In this document: in pieces, positions 39,543 to 48,303 of the stretch
How the letters are laid out: each line of letters begins with the position of its first letter
How positions within the stretch are numbered: the first letter of the stretch is position 1
Origin: an uncultured Planctomycetia bacterium
GTDB lineage: Bacteria > Omnitrophota > Gorgyraeia > Gorgyraeales > Gorgyraeaceae
NCBI GenBank assembly: GCA_964566255.1
Contig: CAZMID010000002.1
Span: 30,923-94,922, forward strand
Length of the DNA stretch: 64,000 bases
Direction of reading: 5' to 3'
The notes under the pieces: generated by a model
Databases searched by the model: none
The model's input: the letters and a program-made list of their open reading frames with translations, nothing else
What the model was told of the DNA's origin: nothing
Made by a program: the position numbers and the translations under genes

Positions 39543-41099
39543 ATGAAATATAGCTTAGCCACTAATAAAGATGTAGATGTGATATTGATTTACCCAAAGA
39601 CTGGTATTGATTTAGGTGCAACAGTTGCGCCGCCACACGCCCTTTTGACTATAGCAGCCCCATTGCATAAGAAAGGGTATAAAGTAAAGATAATTGACCA
39701 GAGGACAGATGTTGCATGGGATAGGCAATTGATAGAGTTTTTAGAGAAGAATCCTATCTGTGTCGGGATTTCCTGCATGACTGGTACTCAGATCTACTTT
39801 GCTCTTGAGGCTGCAAAGGTAGTAAGGAAGTTTACAAATGGAAAGGTTCCTATTGTTTGGGGAGGACCGCATCCTTCTATACTTTCCGAACAAACCTTGC
39901 AGAATGAATATGTTGATGCTGTATGCGTTGGTGAGGGGGATATAACTTTTAGAGAATTGGTGGAGGCATTTGCTTCAAAGAGGTCCTTGAGTGATATTAG
40001 AGGAATTGCTTTTAAAGATGGTAATAAGACAGTTATTACACCTTCACGGCCGTTACTTGACGTAGAAGAGCTTTTGCCTGTTCCTTGGGAACTTGTTGAT
40101 GTTGAAAAGTATATTCATAGGGATTTTTATATTAAAGGAGTTAGGCGTAGTTTAGATGTGGGTCAGACTTCTCGCGGTTGCCCTTTTCAATGCGGATTTT
40201 GCTGTAGTGCTTCTTTGAGGCAGAGAAAATGGAGGGCCATGTCAGTTGAAAAGTCTTTAGAGGTAATTATTAAACCGGTAAAGAGATTTAATCTTGAGAG
40301 TATATGGATAAGAGATGATGAGTTCTATATTGATCGAAATAGAGCTTATAAAATATGTGAAGGGATAATAAAATCTGGTTTAAAAATAAGATGGTATACA
40401 TCAGGTACACGTGTAGATGTTTTTAATAGATCAAAAGATGAAGAGATTCTTATGTTGAAGAGAAGTGGAGCCGATACTCTGAAATTCGGTGCTGAATCTG
40501 GCTCAAATAGGATTTTAGAATTAATGAAAAAGGGTATACGGTGGGAGGATACGATAGAGGCTAATTTAAGGGCAAAAAGGTTTGGGATAATTCCAGTTTT
40601 TGCTTTGATGGTCGGTTTTCCAACAGAGACATTTGAAGAGATAAATAAGACTATTGATATTTTCGTAAGGCTCAAGAAAGATAATCCTAAGGCCCAATTT
40701 GAGGTTATTTCTCCTTATACTGCATTTGCAGGAACGCCATTATATGAAGTGGCTTTGAAGATGGGGTTAAGGCCACCACAGACTTTAGAAGGGTGGATAG
40801 GATGGCTTTGCGATGAGTATGATATAGAAGGAAGAAAGATTCCCTGGTTTAGTTATTCTGAGAGAAAGAAAATAGGAAACGTTGCTTATATGAGCATACT
40901 TGCCAACAGTATTCAGAATGCCATAAGTGGGGTCCAGAACAATTTTATGCGAGTTATTTTAAAAACAATCTTTGGTCCAGTTAGCAGTTTTGAGAGGTTT
41001 AGATTGAAGAGAAAATGGTATGGTTTTGCCCCTGAACTGGATCTTGCCAGATTTTTACGTAAGAGGCTTTTTTATCGTAGCTATAAAAGTATAACATAA
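39543..41099 (+). CDS. B12-binding-domain radical SAM enzyme
   Basis: N-terminal B12-binding-like domain (…VWGGPHPS…), then TSRGCPFQCGFCCS. Confidence 0.75.
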   Translation: MKYSLATNKDVDVILIYPKTGIDLGATVAPPHALLTIAAPLHKKGYKVKIIDQRTDVAWDRQLIEFLEKNPICVGISCMTGTQIYFALEAAKVVRKFTNGKVPIVWGGPHPSILSEQTLQNEYVDAVCVGEGDITFRELVEAFASKRSLSDIRGIAFKDGNKTVITPSRPLLDVEELLPVPWELVDVEKYIHRDFYIKGVRRSLDVGQTSRGCPFQCGFCCSASLRQRKWRAMSVEKSLEVIIKPVKRFNLESIWIRDDEFYIDRNRAYKICEGIIKSGLKIRWYTSGTRVDVFNRSKDEEILMLKRSGADTLKFGAESGSNRILELMKKGIRWEDTIEANLRAKRFGIIPVFALMVGFPTETFEEINKTIDIFVRLKKDNPKAQFEVISPYTAFAGTPLYEVALKMGLRPPQTLEGWIGWLCDEYDIEGRKIPWFSYSERKKIGNVAYMSILANSIQNAISGVQNNFMRVILKTIFGPVSSFERFRLKRKWYGFAPELDLARFLRKRLFYRSYKSIT

Positions 41100-41114
41100 A
41101 AGGAGTGTCTTCTC

Positions 41115-42566
41115 ATGAAAGATAAAATGATATTGGCAACTGTAAATTCCAAGAAAGAGGTTTATGCTGGCACAGCTAATGAATTTTCAGCTATTGCACC
41201 GAATGTCCAGATGGGACTATTGGGTGCATACATAAAGTCAAAGGATATAGATGTTGAGATAATCGATTCAGAGGTAGAAGGAGTATTGATTAACGGGTTA
41301 CTCGACGTAGTAGAGAGAGAAAAGCCATTGCTTTTAGGTATTGTTTGTACAGGTGCTAATCCATCATCTTCAACAATGATTATGGCAGGGATAGTTGATT
41401 TTTTTCAAGAGTTCAATAAAAGATCTCCTGGGGTAAAGACTTTTATCTGGGGGCCTCACCCTACGGTATTACCTGAAAGGACCTTAAGAGAAACAGATGC
41501 AGATTTTGTTATTAGGGGGGAGGGATATCAGACGATAGTAGAATTATTCAATACACTACGTACCGACCCTAGCAATGTGGACAAAATAGCAGGCCTTTCT
41601 TATTTACGTAATGCTAGATATACCGAGAACAAAGATGTACCATTAATAAAAGATCTAGATATATTACCTATGATCGATTGGGATGCAATGCATCCATCTA
41701 AATATAGAGCCCATAATTGGCATTGCTTTGGAGATGTGAATAACAGGACCCCATATGCGATCGTCTGGACAAGTTTTGGATGTCCATACAAATGCAACTT
41801 TTGCTGTATTAATAATTTATTTGGGAAAAGGACACAGCGTTTTAGAAGCATTGATAGTGTGATTCGCGAAATAAGCATATTAGTAGAAAAACATAACATA
41901 AGACACTTAAAAATATTAGATGAGCTTTTTGTTACCCACCCTAAGAGGATAGAAGAATTCTGCGATAAACTCGAAGAGAAAAATTATGATTTGCATATGT
42001 GGTCTTTTGCAAGGGCGGATACTATAAATAGACATTTGCTTAAAAGGCTAAAGAAGGTAGGGATGGACTGGATATCTTATGGTTTTGAATCTACTAATCC
42101 CAAGATACTAAAAGATATAAGCAAAGGATACAGCTGTAATTTTGATGAGGTAATAAAGATGACGCAGGATGAAGGTATCTATATATGTGCTGATGTTATG
42201 TTTGGCATGTGGGAAGATGATATGGATACGCTGAAATCAACTTACGATTTTTTAGTAAAGCATAATTTTGAATGGGTAAATATGTATCCTGTATTTGCCT
42301 ATCCTGGCACAGAGCTGTATGAAAGGATTGAGGAACCAAAGTCTTGGAAGGTCTATGCGCTTTATGGTTATGAATGTATACCAGCAGGCACAAAATATCT
42401 TAGCCCTAAAGAAGTGCTTAAATTTCGTGATGAGGCATTTGTCAAATATCATAATAGAGAAGAGTATCTTAAGATGATGGAAAATAAATTTGGTTCAGAA
42501 ACCAAAGAACATATAGTCAGAATGTTAAAGATATCACTTAGAAGAAGATTGCTAGAAGAAAAATAA
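41115..42566 (+). CDS. B12-binding-domain radical SAM enzyme (paralog of the ORFs at 55563 and 56914)
   Basis: …IWGPHPT…, KYRAHNWHCFG and TSFGCPYKCNFCCI. It shares a long collinear motif block with the two downstream paralogs. Confidence 0.75.
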   Translation: MKDKMILATVNSKKEVYAGTANEFSAIAPNVQMGLLGAYIKSKDIDVEIIDSEVEGVLINGLLDVVEREKPLLLGIVCTGANPSSSTMIMAGIVDFFQEFNKRSPGVKTFIWGPHPTVLPERTLRETDADFVIRGEGYQTIVELFNTLRTDPSNVDKIAGLSYLRNARYTENKDVPLIKDLDILPMIDWDAMHPSKYRAHNWHCFGDVNNRTPYAIVWTSFGCPYKCNFCCINNLFGKRTQRFRSIDSVIREISILVEKHNIRHLKILDELFVTHPKRIEEFCDKLEEKNYDLHMWSFARADTINRHLLKRLKKVGMDWISYGFESTNPKILKDISKGYSCNFDEVIKMTQDEGIYICADVMFGMWEDDMDTLKSTYDFLVKHNFEWVNMYPVFAYPGTELYERIEEPKSWKVYALYGYECIPAGTKYLSPKEVLKFRDEAFVKYHNREEYLKMMENKFGSETKEHIVRMLKISLRRRLLEEK

Positions 42567-42570
42567 AACT

Positions 42571-43506
42571 ATGAAGAAAAAATCAAAAATATTCATTACG
42601 GGACATAATAGTATGCTGGGTTCTGCTCTATTCAATCGGTTAAAAGAAGGAGGATTCAGTAACTTAGTCGCGAAGGATTCATCAGAACTTAATCTTACGA
42701 ATCAGAGGGCCGTTGATTCATTTTTCAAAAAAGAAAAGCCCGAATATTGCTTTTTAGCTCCAATAAAAGAAGGCGGGATACTTTTAAATATGATGCATCC
42801 TGCTGAATTAGTTTATCAGAACATTGCCACACTAAGTAATGTTGTTCATTCTGCATGGGAGGCAGGGGTTAAGAAGCTTTTATTTTTTGCCAGCTCCTGT
42901 GTTTATTCTAAGGACTGCCCTCAACCTATGAAGGAAGAATATTTATTGACAGGTCCATTAGAGCCGACCAATGAGGCGTATGCAATTGCTAAGATTGCAG
43001 GGATTAAAATGTGCCAGGCATACAATGCTCAATTTGGTACACGGTTTCTTTCTGTGATACCTGCTACTGTTTTTGGACCAGAAGATAATTTCGATTTTAA
43101 GACTTCTCATGTGATATCTGCATTGATTAGGAAATTTCACGAGGGCAAGATAAAAAATGAGCCTGTTGTTAATATCTGGGGGACAGGGAAACCTCGCAGG
43201 GAATTTATATATGTGGACGATTTGGTAGATGCAAGTCTGTTCTTTATGCAGGAAGATAATCCTGTAGAACTTATTAATATGGGTAGTGGTATGGATGTAT
43301 CTATACAAGAGCTGGCTGAGTTGATAAAAGGACTTACTGGTTTTAAAGGTAAGATAGAATTTGATACTACTAAACCCGATGGTGTCTTAAGAAAGTTGCT
43401 TGATAGTCATCGTTTAAATTCTTTAGGTTGGAGACCGAAGGTCGGACTTCAAAAAGGATTGAAGAATACTTATCAGTGGTATACAAATAAAAAGGTTAAA
43501 AGGTAA
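42571..43506 (+). CDS. fcl: GDP-L-fucose synthase (GDP-4-keto-6-deoxy-D-mannose 3,5-epimerase/4-reductase)
   Basis: [40 protein letters not shown] and [11 protein letters not shown] match E. coli Fcl motifs ([38 protein letters not shown]). Confidence 0.85.
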   Translation: [311 protein letters not shown]

Positions 43507-43516
43507 AATTCTAAAA

Positions 43517-44530
43517 ATGGTGAAAAAAAATAACCCAATTCAGTTTGATTCAAGTGTGAGCGATATCCAGGCTAAGGTATTGATTGAGCTTTACAGGATA
43601 ATGCTGAGAATAAGAAGACTCCAGCTTAAAATAGAAGATGAATACCCGAAGGACGAGATGAAAACTCCTGTACATCTCTGTTTGGGACAAGAGGCAATAC
43701 CTGCAGGTATTTGTATTAATTTGAATAAAGAAGATTATGTTTTTAGTAACTACCGAGGCCATGGTCATTATCTTGCTAAGGGTGGTGATTTAAAGGCGCT
43801 TATTTCAGAGTTATATTGCAGGGAAACTGGTTGTTCTCATGGGCGTGGCGGTTCAATGCATTTGATAGATACCTCTGTAGGATTATTAGGTTCTTCTTCT
43901 ATTGTGGCTGGCGGTATACCTATTGCTACAGGATGTGGTCTTGCATCTTTATTGCAGAAAGATAATCGTATAGCAGTTGTATTCTTTGGAGATGGGGCAG
44001 TAGATGAAGGCGTATTATATGAGAGTATCAATTTTGCAGTGCTTAAGAAGCTCCCTGTCATATATGCCTGTGAAAATAATTTTTATGCAGTGTGTTCCCC
44101 ACAAAGACATAGGCAGCCCCTTGATAATATATATAGACGTTTTGAAGGATGCGGTATAAATAGTTATAAGGTTGATGGCAACAATGTTATTGATGTCTAT
44201 CGCATAGCAAATAAAGTCATTAGTGATGCCCGTAACAAAAAAGGCCCTTCATTGATAGAGTTTAGGACATATCGTTGGAGGGGGCATTCTGGAGGCGAAT
44301 CCGATATAGATTTAGGCTATAGATCTCAGGAAGAATTAGATGAATGGATGAAAAAGTGCCCTGTTAAAAATTTTGAGAGTTTCTTACTTAATAATCATTT
44401 AATTACGAATGAGGAGATTAAATCTATAGAGGGTGTTTTTGATAAGGAGATAGATGAGGCTTTTTTGTTTGCTAAAAATAGTCCTTTGGCAGATGAAAAA
44501 GATTTATTGAAATATCTTTATAGTACTTAA
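43517..44530 (+). CDS. Thiamine-diphosphate-dependent dehydrogenase E1 component, alpha subunit
   Basis: …VHLCLGQEA…, TPP-binding GDGA…NN (FFGDGAVDEGVLYESINFA…ACENNFYA), 337 aa. Confidence 0.8.
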   Translation: MVKKNNPIQFDSSVSDIQAKVLIELYRIMLRIRRLQLKIEDEYPKDEMKTPVHLCLGQEAIPAGICINLNKEDYVFSNYRGHGHYLAKGGDLKALISELYCRETGCSHGRGGSMHLIDTSVGLLGSSSIVAGGIPIATGCGLASLLQKDNRIAVVFFGDGAVDEGVLYESINFAVLKKLPVIYACENNFYAVCSPQRHRQPLDNIYRRFEGCGINSYKVDGNNVIDVYRIANKVISDARNKKGPSLIEFRTYRWRGHSGGESDIDLGYRSQEELDEWMKKCPVKNFESFLLNNHLITNEEIKSIEGVFDKEIDEAFLFAKNSPLADEKDLLKYLYST

Positions 44531-44549
44531 TAAGGATTGGAGTGAGGTT

Positions 44550-45605
44550 ATGAAAATCAGCTTTGATTGGGACAAGAAGAGTATAGAAAAAGAAGAACGG
44601 GGATTTGAACACAAATTAGGGGAGAAAGAAAGAAAGATTTCTTATGGCAATGCTTTATACGAAACATTTGATCAGTTGCTTTCGACGGACAAGCGTGTTT
44701 TTGTTATGGGGCAGGGAGTGGATGATCCTTTTGGCATGTTTGGTGCGACACTGGATCTCCATAAGAAATATGGATCGGATAGGGTATTTGATACTCCATT
44801 ATCCGAGGAGGGTTTAACAGGGATAGCAGTAGGTGCAGCCCTTGCAGGTATGCGACCAGTTTATATGCATAACCGTCCCGACTTTCTTTTGCTTGCAATG
44901 AATCAAATTGTTAATCATGCATCAAAATGGAGTTATATGTTTGGAGGTAAAATAAATGTGCCAATTGTTATATGGGCCTGCATAGGTCGTGGCTGGGGTT
45001 CAGGTGCTCAACATTCTCAGGCCTTACAGGGTTTGTTTATGCATATTCCTGGCATAAAACTTGTTATGCCGAGCACCCCTTATGACGCCAAAGGCCTATT
45101 AACTTCAAGTGTTCTTGATAATAATCCTGTGGTAATTTTGGAACATCGCTGGCTATTTAAGCATACAGGACATGTCCCTGAAAAGTTATATACCATACCT
45201 TTTGGTAAGGGCATAATTAGAAAAAAAGGAGATAAAGTTACTATTGTTGGTGCCTCTTATATGGTTATAGAAGCAGTAAGGGCAGCAGAGGAGCTTCAGG
45301 AAAAAGGTATTGATGTAGAGGTTATAGACCTTCGGACATTAAAACCTTTAGATGAAGAGATAATTTTAAATTCAGTCAAAAAAACTGGCAGATTACTTAT
45401 CGTGGATATGGGCTGGAAGACAAGCGGCATAAGTGCGGAAATTGCAGCAATGCTGTCAGAAAAAGGATTTCAATATCTAAAGAAACCAATTAAGCGGGTT
45501 ACTTGTCCAGATATACCAACGCCCGCGGGTTATACATTAGAGAAAAAGTTTTATCCTGGGCCTGCTGAAATAGTAGAGGCTGTAATGGAGTTAATGAAGC
45601 GATGA
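44550..45605 (+). CDS. 2-oxoacid dehydrogenase E1 component, beta subunit (transketolase-like pyrimidine-binding and C-terminal domains)
   Basis: …GQGVDDPFGMFGATLDLHKKYG…RVFDTPLSEEG… is typical of E1β. 351 aa. Adjacent to E1α. Confidence 0.8.
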   Translation: MKISFDWDKKSIEKEERGFEHKLGEKERKISYGNALYETFDQLLSTDKRVFVMGQGVDDPFGMFGATLDLHKKYGSDRVFDTPLSEEGLTGIAVGAALAGMRPVYMHNRPDFLLLAMNQIVNHASKWSYMFGGKINVPIVIWACIGRGWGSGAQHSQALQGLFMHIPGIKLVMPSTPYDAKGLLTSSVLDNNPVVILEHRWLFKHTGHVPEKLYTIPFGKGIIRKKGDKVTIVGASYMVIEAVRAAEELQEKGIDVEVIDLRTLKPLDEEIILNSVKKTGRLLIVDMGWKTSGISAEIAAMLSEKGFQYLKKPIKRVTCPDIPTPAGYTLEKKFYPGPAEIVEAVMELMKR

Positions 45606-46828
45606 ACGAGAGGCAAGATAAAATGACTAAGAAATTAAAAGTTCCTTTTGGGGCACTTACTATAACTGATACTTCCAAGAGACTTATTAAAGAAATACTT
45701 GATTCTAATAGGGTTTCAAGTGGCAAGTATGTAAGGGAATTAGAGAAGCGTTTTGCTGAGTTGACAGGAACCAAAGAGGCAGTTGCAGTTAGTTCTGGAA
45801 CAGATGCTGATGCCTTGGCCTTGGCAGTGCTTTATGATGTTGGCGCAAAAAGAGGTGATGAGGTTATTGTGCCAGCCTTGTCTTTTGTGGCAACTGGAAA
45901 TGCAGTCTTACAGGCAGGTTTTAAGCCTGTTTTTGTAGATATTGAGAAAGAAACGTTGAATATAGATCCGTCGAAGATCGAAAATGTCGTAACAAAAAAG
46001 ACAAAGGCCATAATACCGGTTCATCTTATGGGCAAACCTGCTGATATGGACGCGATAAATGGGATAGCAAAACAGCATAATCTATATGTCATTGAAGATG
46101 CTGCTGAGGCCCATGGGACAGTTTATAAAGGCAGGAATGTTGGGACCTTAGGTGATATGGCTGCATATAGTCTGTACGTAGCTCATATGATATCAACCAT
46201 TGAAGGTGGAATAGTTACAACCAATAATTCAGAATTTACAGAGATTTTGAGATCTCTGAGGTCGCATGGCAGGGCATGTAAATGCAAAGAATGTGTTTTA
46301 AACGTTGGCTTCGGTGTTTGCAATAAGAGATTTACCAAAGGTATGGATGTAAGGTTTATATTTGAACGCATAGGTTTTTCAACTAAGATGAACGAATTAG
46401 AAGCAGCCATTGGATTGGGAAGCATAGAGATCTATTCGCAAATTTTGAAGAAAAGACGCGAAAATCTTTTATACCTTATGGATAAATTTAGCGAATTCGA
46501 AGAGTACCTTTATACTGTTAAAGAAGGGCCTGATGAAGAAATCGGCCCCCACGCCTTTCCTATAATACTTAGAGAGGATGTCAAGTTTAACCGTGATAAA
46601 CTCAGCCGTTTTTTGGAAGAACACTGGATTGATTCACGCAGCCTTTTCTTATCAATGCCTACTCAATGTCCTGGTTTTAAGTATCTAGGACATCGCTTAG
46701 GTGAATTTCCTAATGCTGAGTATATGGGTGAAATGGGGCTACATATAGGTATCCATCAAGATGTGGGCAAAGAGGAAATGGATTATGTCATTAGCGTTAT
46801 AAGAGATTTTTGTAGAAACATCGGTTGA
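45602..46828 (+). CDS. DegT/DnrJ/EryC1/StrS-family PLP-dependent sugar aminotransferase (with a Cys-rich insertion)
   Basis: …SGKYVRELEKRFAELTG…, AYSLYVAHMISTIEGG and LRSHG match the fold. A roughly 12-aa insertion carries four Cys (RACKCKECVLNVGFGVC) before the conserved …GFSTKMNELEAA segment. Confidence 0.8.
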   Translation: MNERQDKMTKKLKVPFGALTITDTSKRLIKEILDSNRVSSGKYVRELEKRFAELTGTKEAVAVSSGTDADALALAVLYDVGAKRGDEVIVPALSFVATGNAVLQAGFKPVFVDIEKETLNIDPSKIENVVTKKTKAIIPVHLMGKPADMDAINGIAKQHNLYVIEDAAEAHGTVYKGRNVGTLGDMAAYSLYVAHMISTIEGGIVTTNNSEFTEILRSLRSHGRACKCKECVLNVGFGVCNKRFTKGMDVRFIFERIGFSTKMNELEAAIGLGSIEIYSQILKKRRENLLYLMDKFSEFEEYLYTVKEGPDEEIGPHAFPIILREDVKFNRDKLSRFLEEHWIDSRSLFLSMPTQCPGFKYLGHRLGEFPNAEYMGEMGLHIGIHQDVGKEEMDYVISVIRDFCRNIG

Positions 46829-48300
46829 ATGGTATAAAAAGAAGCCTGTTGGGAGAAAAAATGCACGAGATATTAAATGATGTCAACCTGTTGAAAAAAT
46901 ATGATGTATACGCGTATGACTATACAGACTATCCTCACAAGAGTTATTGGAGTGAGGATTTAGGCGATAAGGATTATCGCAATACATTGAAGAGTATCTT
47001 TTTGGACAAAAACCATGCGCCGGCATTATTTTACATCCACGTCCCTTTTTGTAAAAAACTTTGTTACTATTGTATTTGCCATAAGGAGATAGCGCCTAGC
47101 TATGACAAGGTGTTGAAGTATTTTGAGAATTATCTTTATGTCGAGATTGATATGCTTCGGCGTTTATTCGAAGAAAATTCGCTAAGGCCGAATTTCAAGG
47201 AGATATATATTGGAGGTGGGACGCCTACATTATTAGAAGAAAAAGAGTTTGATAGATTAATGGCTTTAGTAGGTTCTTTTTGTGATATTAAGAATATGAA
47301 TAGGTTTTGCATAGAGATTGATCCGCGCGTATGTTCTGTTGAAAGATTAAAGTATTATGCTAAGAAGGGTGTGACTACGATCTCCATTGGGGTTCAGGAT
47401 TTAGATATTAATGTACAGAGGGCTATCAATAGGACTCAATCGCCTGAGATGATTGAAAAATTACTTTCCCCAGAAATACGCAAGACATTCAGTAGTATAA
47501 ATTTTGATTTACTCATAGGACTACCTAATCAAACGAGAACTTCTATCAGAAAAACAATGGAAAAAGTTATATCTATGGCCCCGGATCGTATTTCCATGAC
47601 ATACTTTCATTATGCACCAAAATTCTATCCACACATGAAGAAGCTGAAAGAAAGAGGTCTTTTACCAGATTCCGTAGAAAAAAAGCATATTTTTGCAGAA
47701 GGTCTTGATGCTATTACTAAGAATGGCTATGTTCGAACAGGATTTGAACATTTTGCTAAGCCTGGTGACGTTGTGGCTGAAGCAGTCAGGATGAATAAGG
47801 CCAATTATACATCCTTAGGGGCAGTGAGCGGAGACTGTTGTAGTGTTGTGGCTGTAGGGCGTTCAGGCCATGGTATGCTCGGTGACAGTTATCTATTTCA
47901 GAATCACTATGAACAAGAGCAGTATGGAATAGCTTTATCACGGGGTAAATTTCCTATATATCGGGGGCACAAAATGAGTGCAGATGATGTATTGAGGCGG
48001 GATATTATTAAAGGATTGCGCACATATTTCGTCATTAATATCCCTGAGGTTGAAAATCGGATTAATACTCATTTCAGTGAGTATTTTAGTGCAGAACTTG
48101 ACGTTCTGAATGAGTTTATAAAGGATGGCCTTGCGGTATTGACAAGAGAAGAGCTAAAGATTACAGAGAGGGGTAAGCATTTTTCAGGACTTATTGCTAG
48201 TATTTTTGATAAATATCAAAAATCTCCTAGATGTAACAAAGAGGTTGCTTCTGAAGCAATGTCGCATCAGTCAGGAGAACAAGTTAGTGGAGGTTGTTAG
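46825..48300 (+). CDS. HemN-like radical SAM enzyme (oxygen-independent coproporphyrinogen oxidase family or class C radical SAM methyltransferase-like)
   Basis: YIHVPFCKKLCYYC has the HemN-type Cx3CxYC pattern (CKKLCYYC). It is followed by a GGGTP-like SAM motif (IYIGGGTPTLL) and a HemN_C-like C-terminal region. Confidence 0.72.
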   Translation: MNGIKRSLLGEKMHEILNDVNLLKKYDVYAYDYTDYPHKSYWSEDLGDKDYRNTLKSIFLDKNHAPALFYIHVPFCKKLCYYCICHKEIAPSYDKVLKYFENYLYVEIDMLRRLFEENSLRPNFKEIYIGGGTPTLLEEKEFDRLMALVGSFCDIKNMNRFCIEIDPRVCSVERLKYYAKKGVTTISIGVQDLDINVQRAINRTQSPEMIEKLLSPEIRKTFSSINFDLLIGLPNQTRTSIRKTMEKVISMAPDRISMTYFHYAPKFYPHMKKLKERGLLPDSVEKKHIFAEGLDAITKNGYVRTGFEHFAKPGDVVAEAVRMNKANYTSLGAVSGDCCSVVAVGRSGHGMLGDSYLFQNHYEQEQYGIALSRGKFPIYRGHKMSADDVLRRDIIKGLRTYFVINIPEVENRINTHFSEYFSAELDVLNEFIKDGLAVLTREELKITERGKHFSGLIASIFDKYQKSPRCNKEVASEAMSHQSGEQVSGGC

Positions 48301-48303
48301 TTA

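Noticed and set aside
42295-42477. 60-aa + strand ORF inside the B12-rSAM gene at 41115..42566
   Set aside because: It is an alternative frame within a well-supported longer CDS and has no independent signal.
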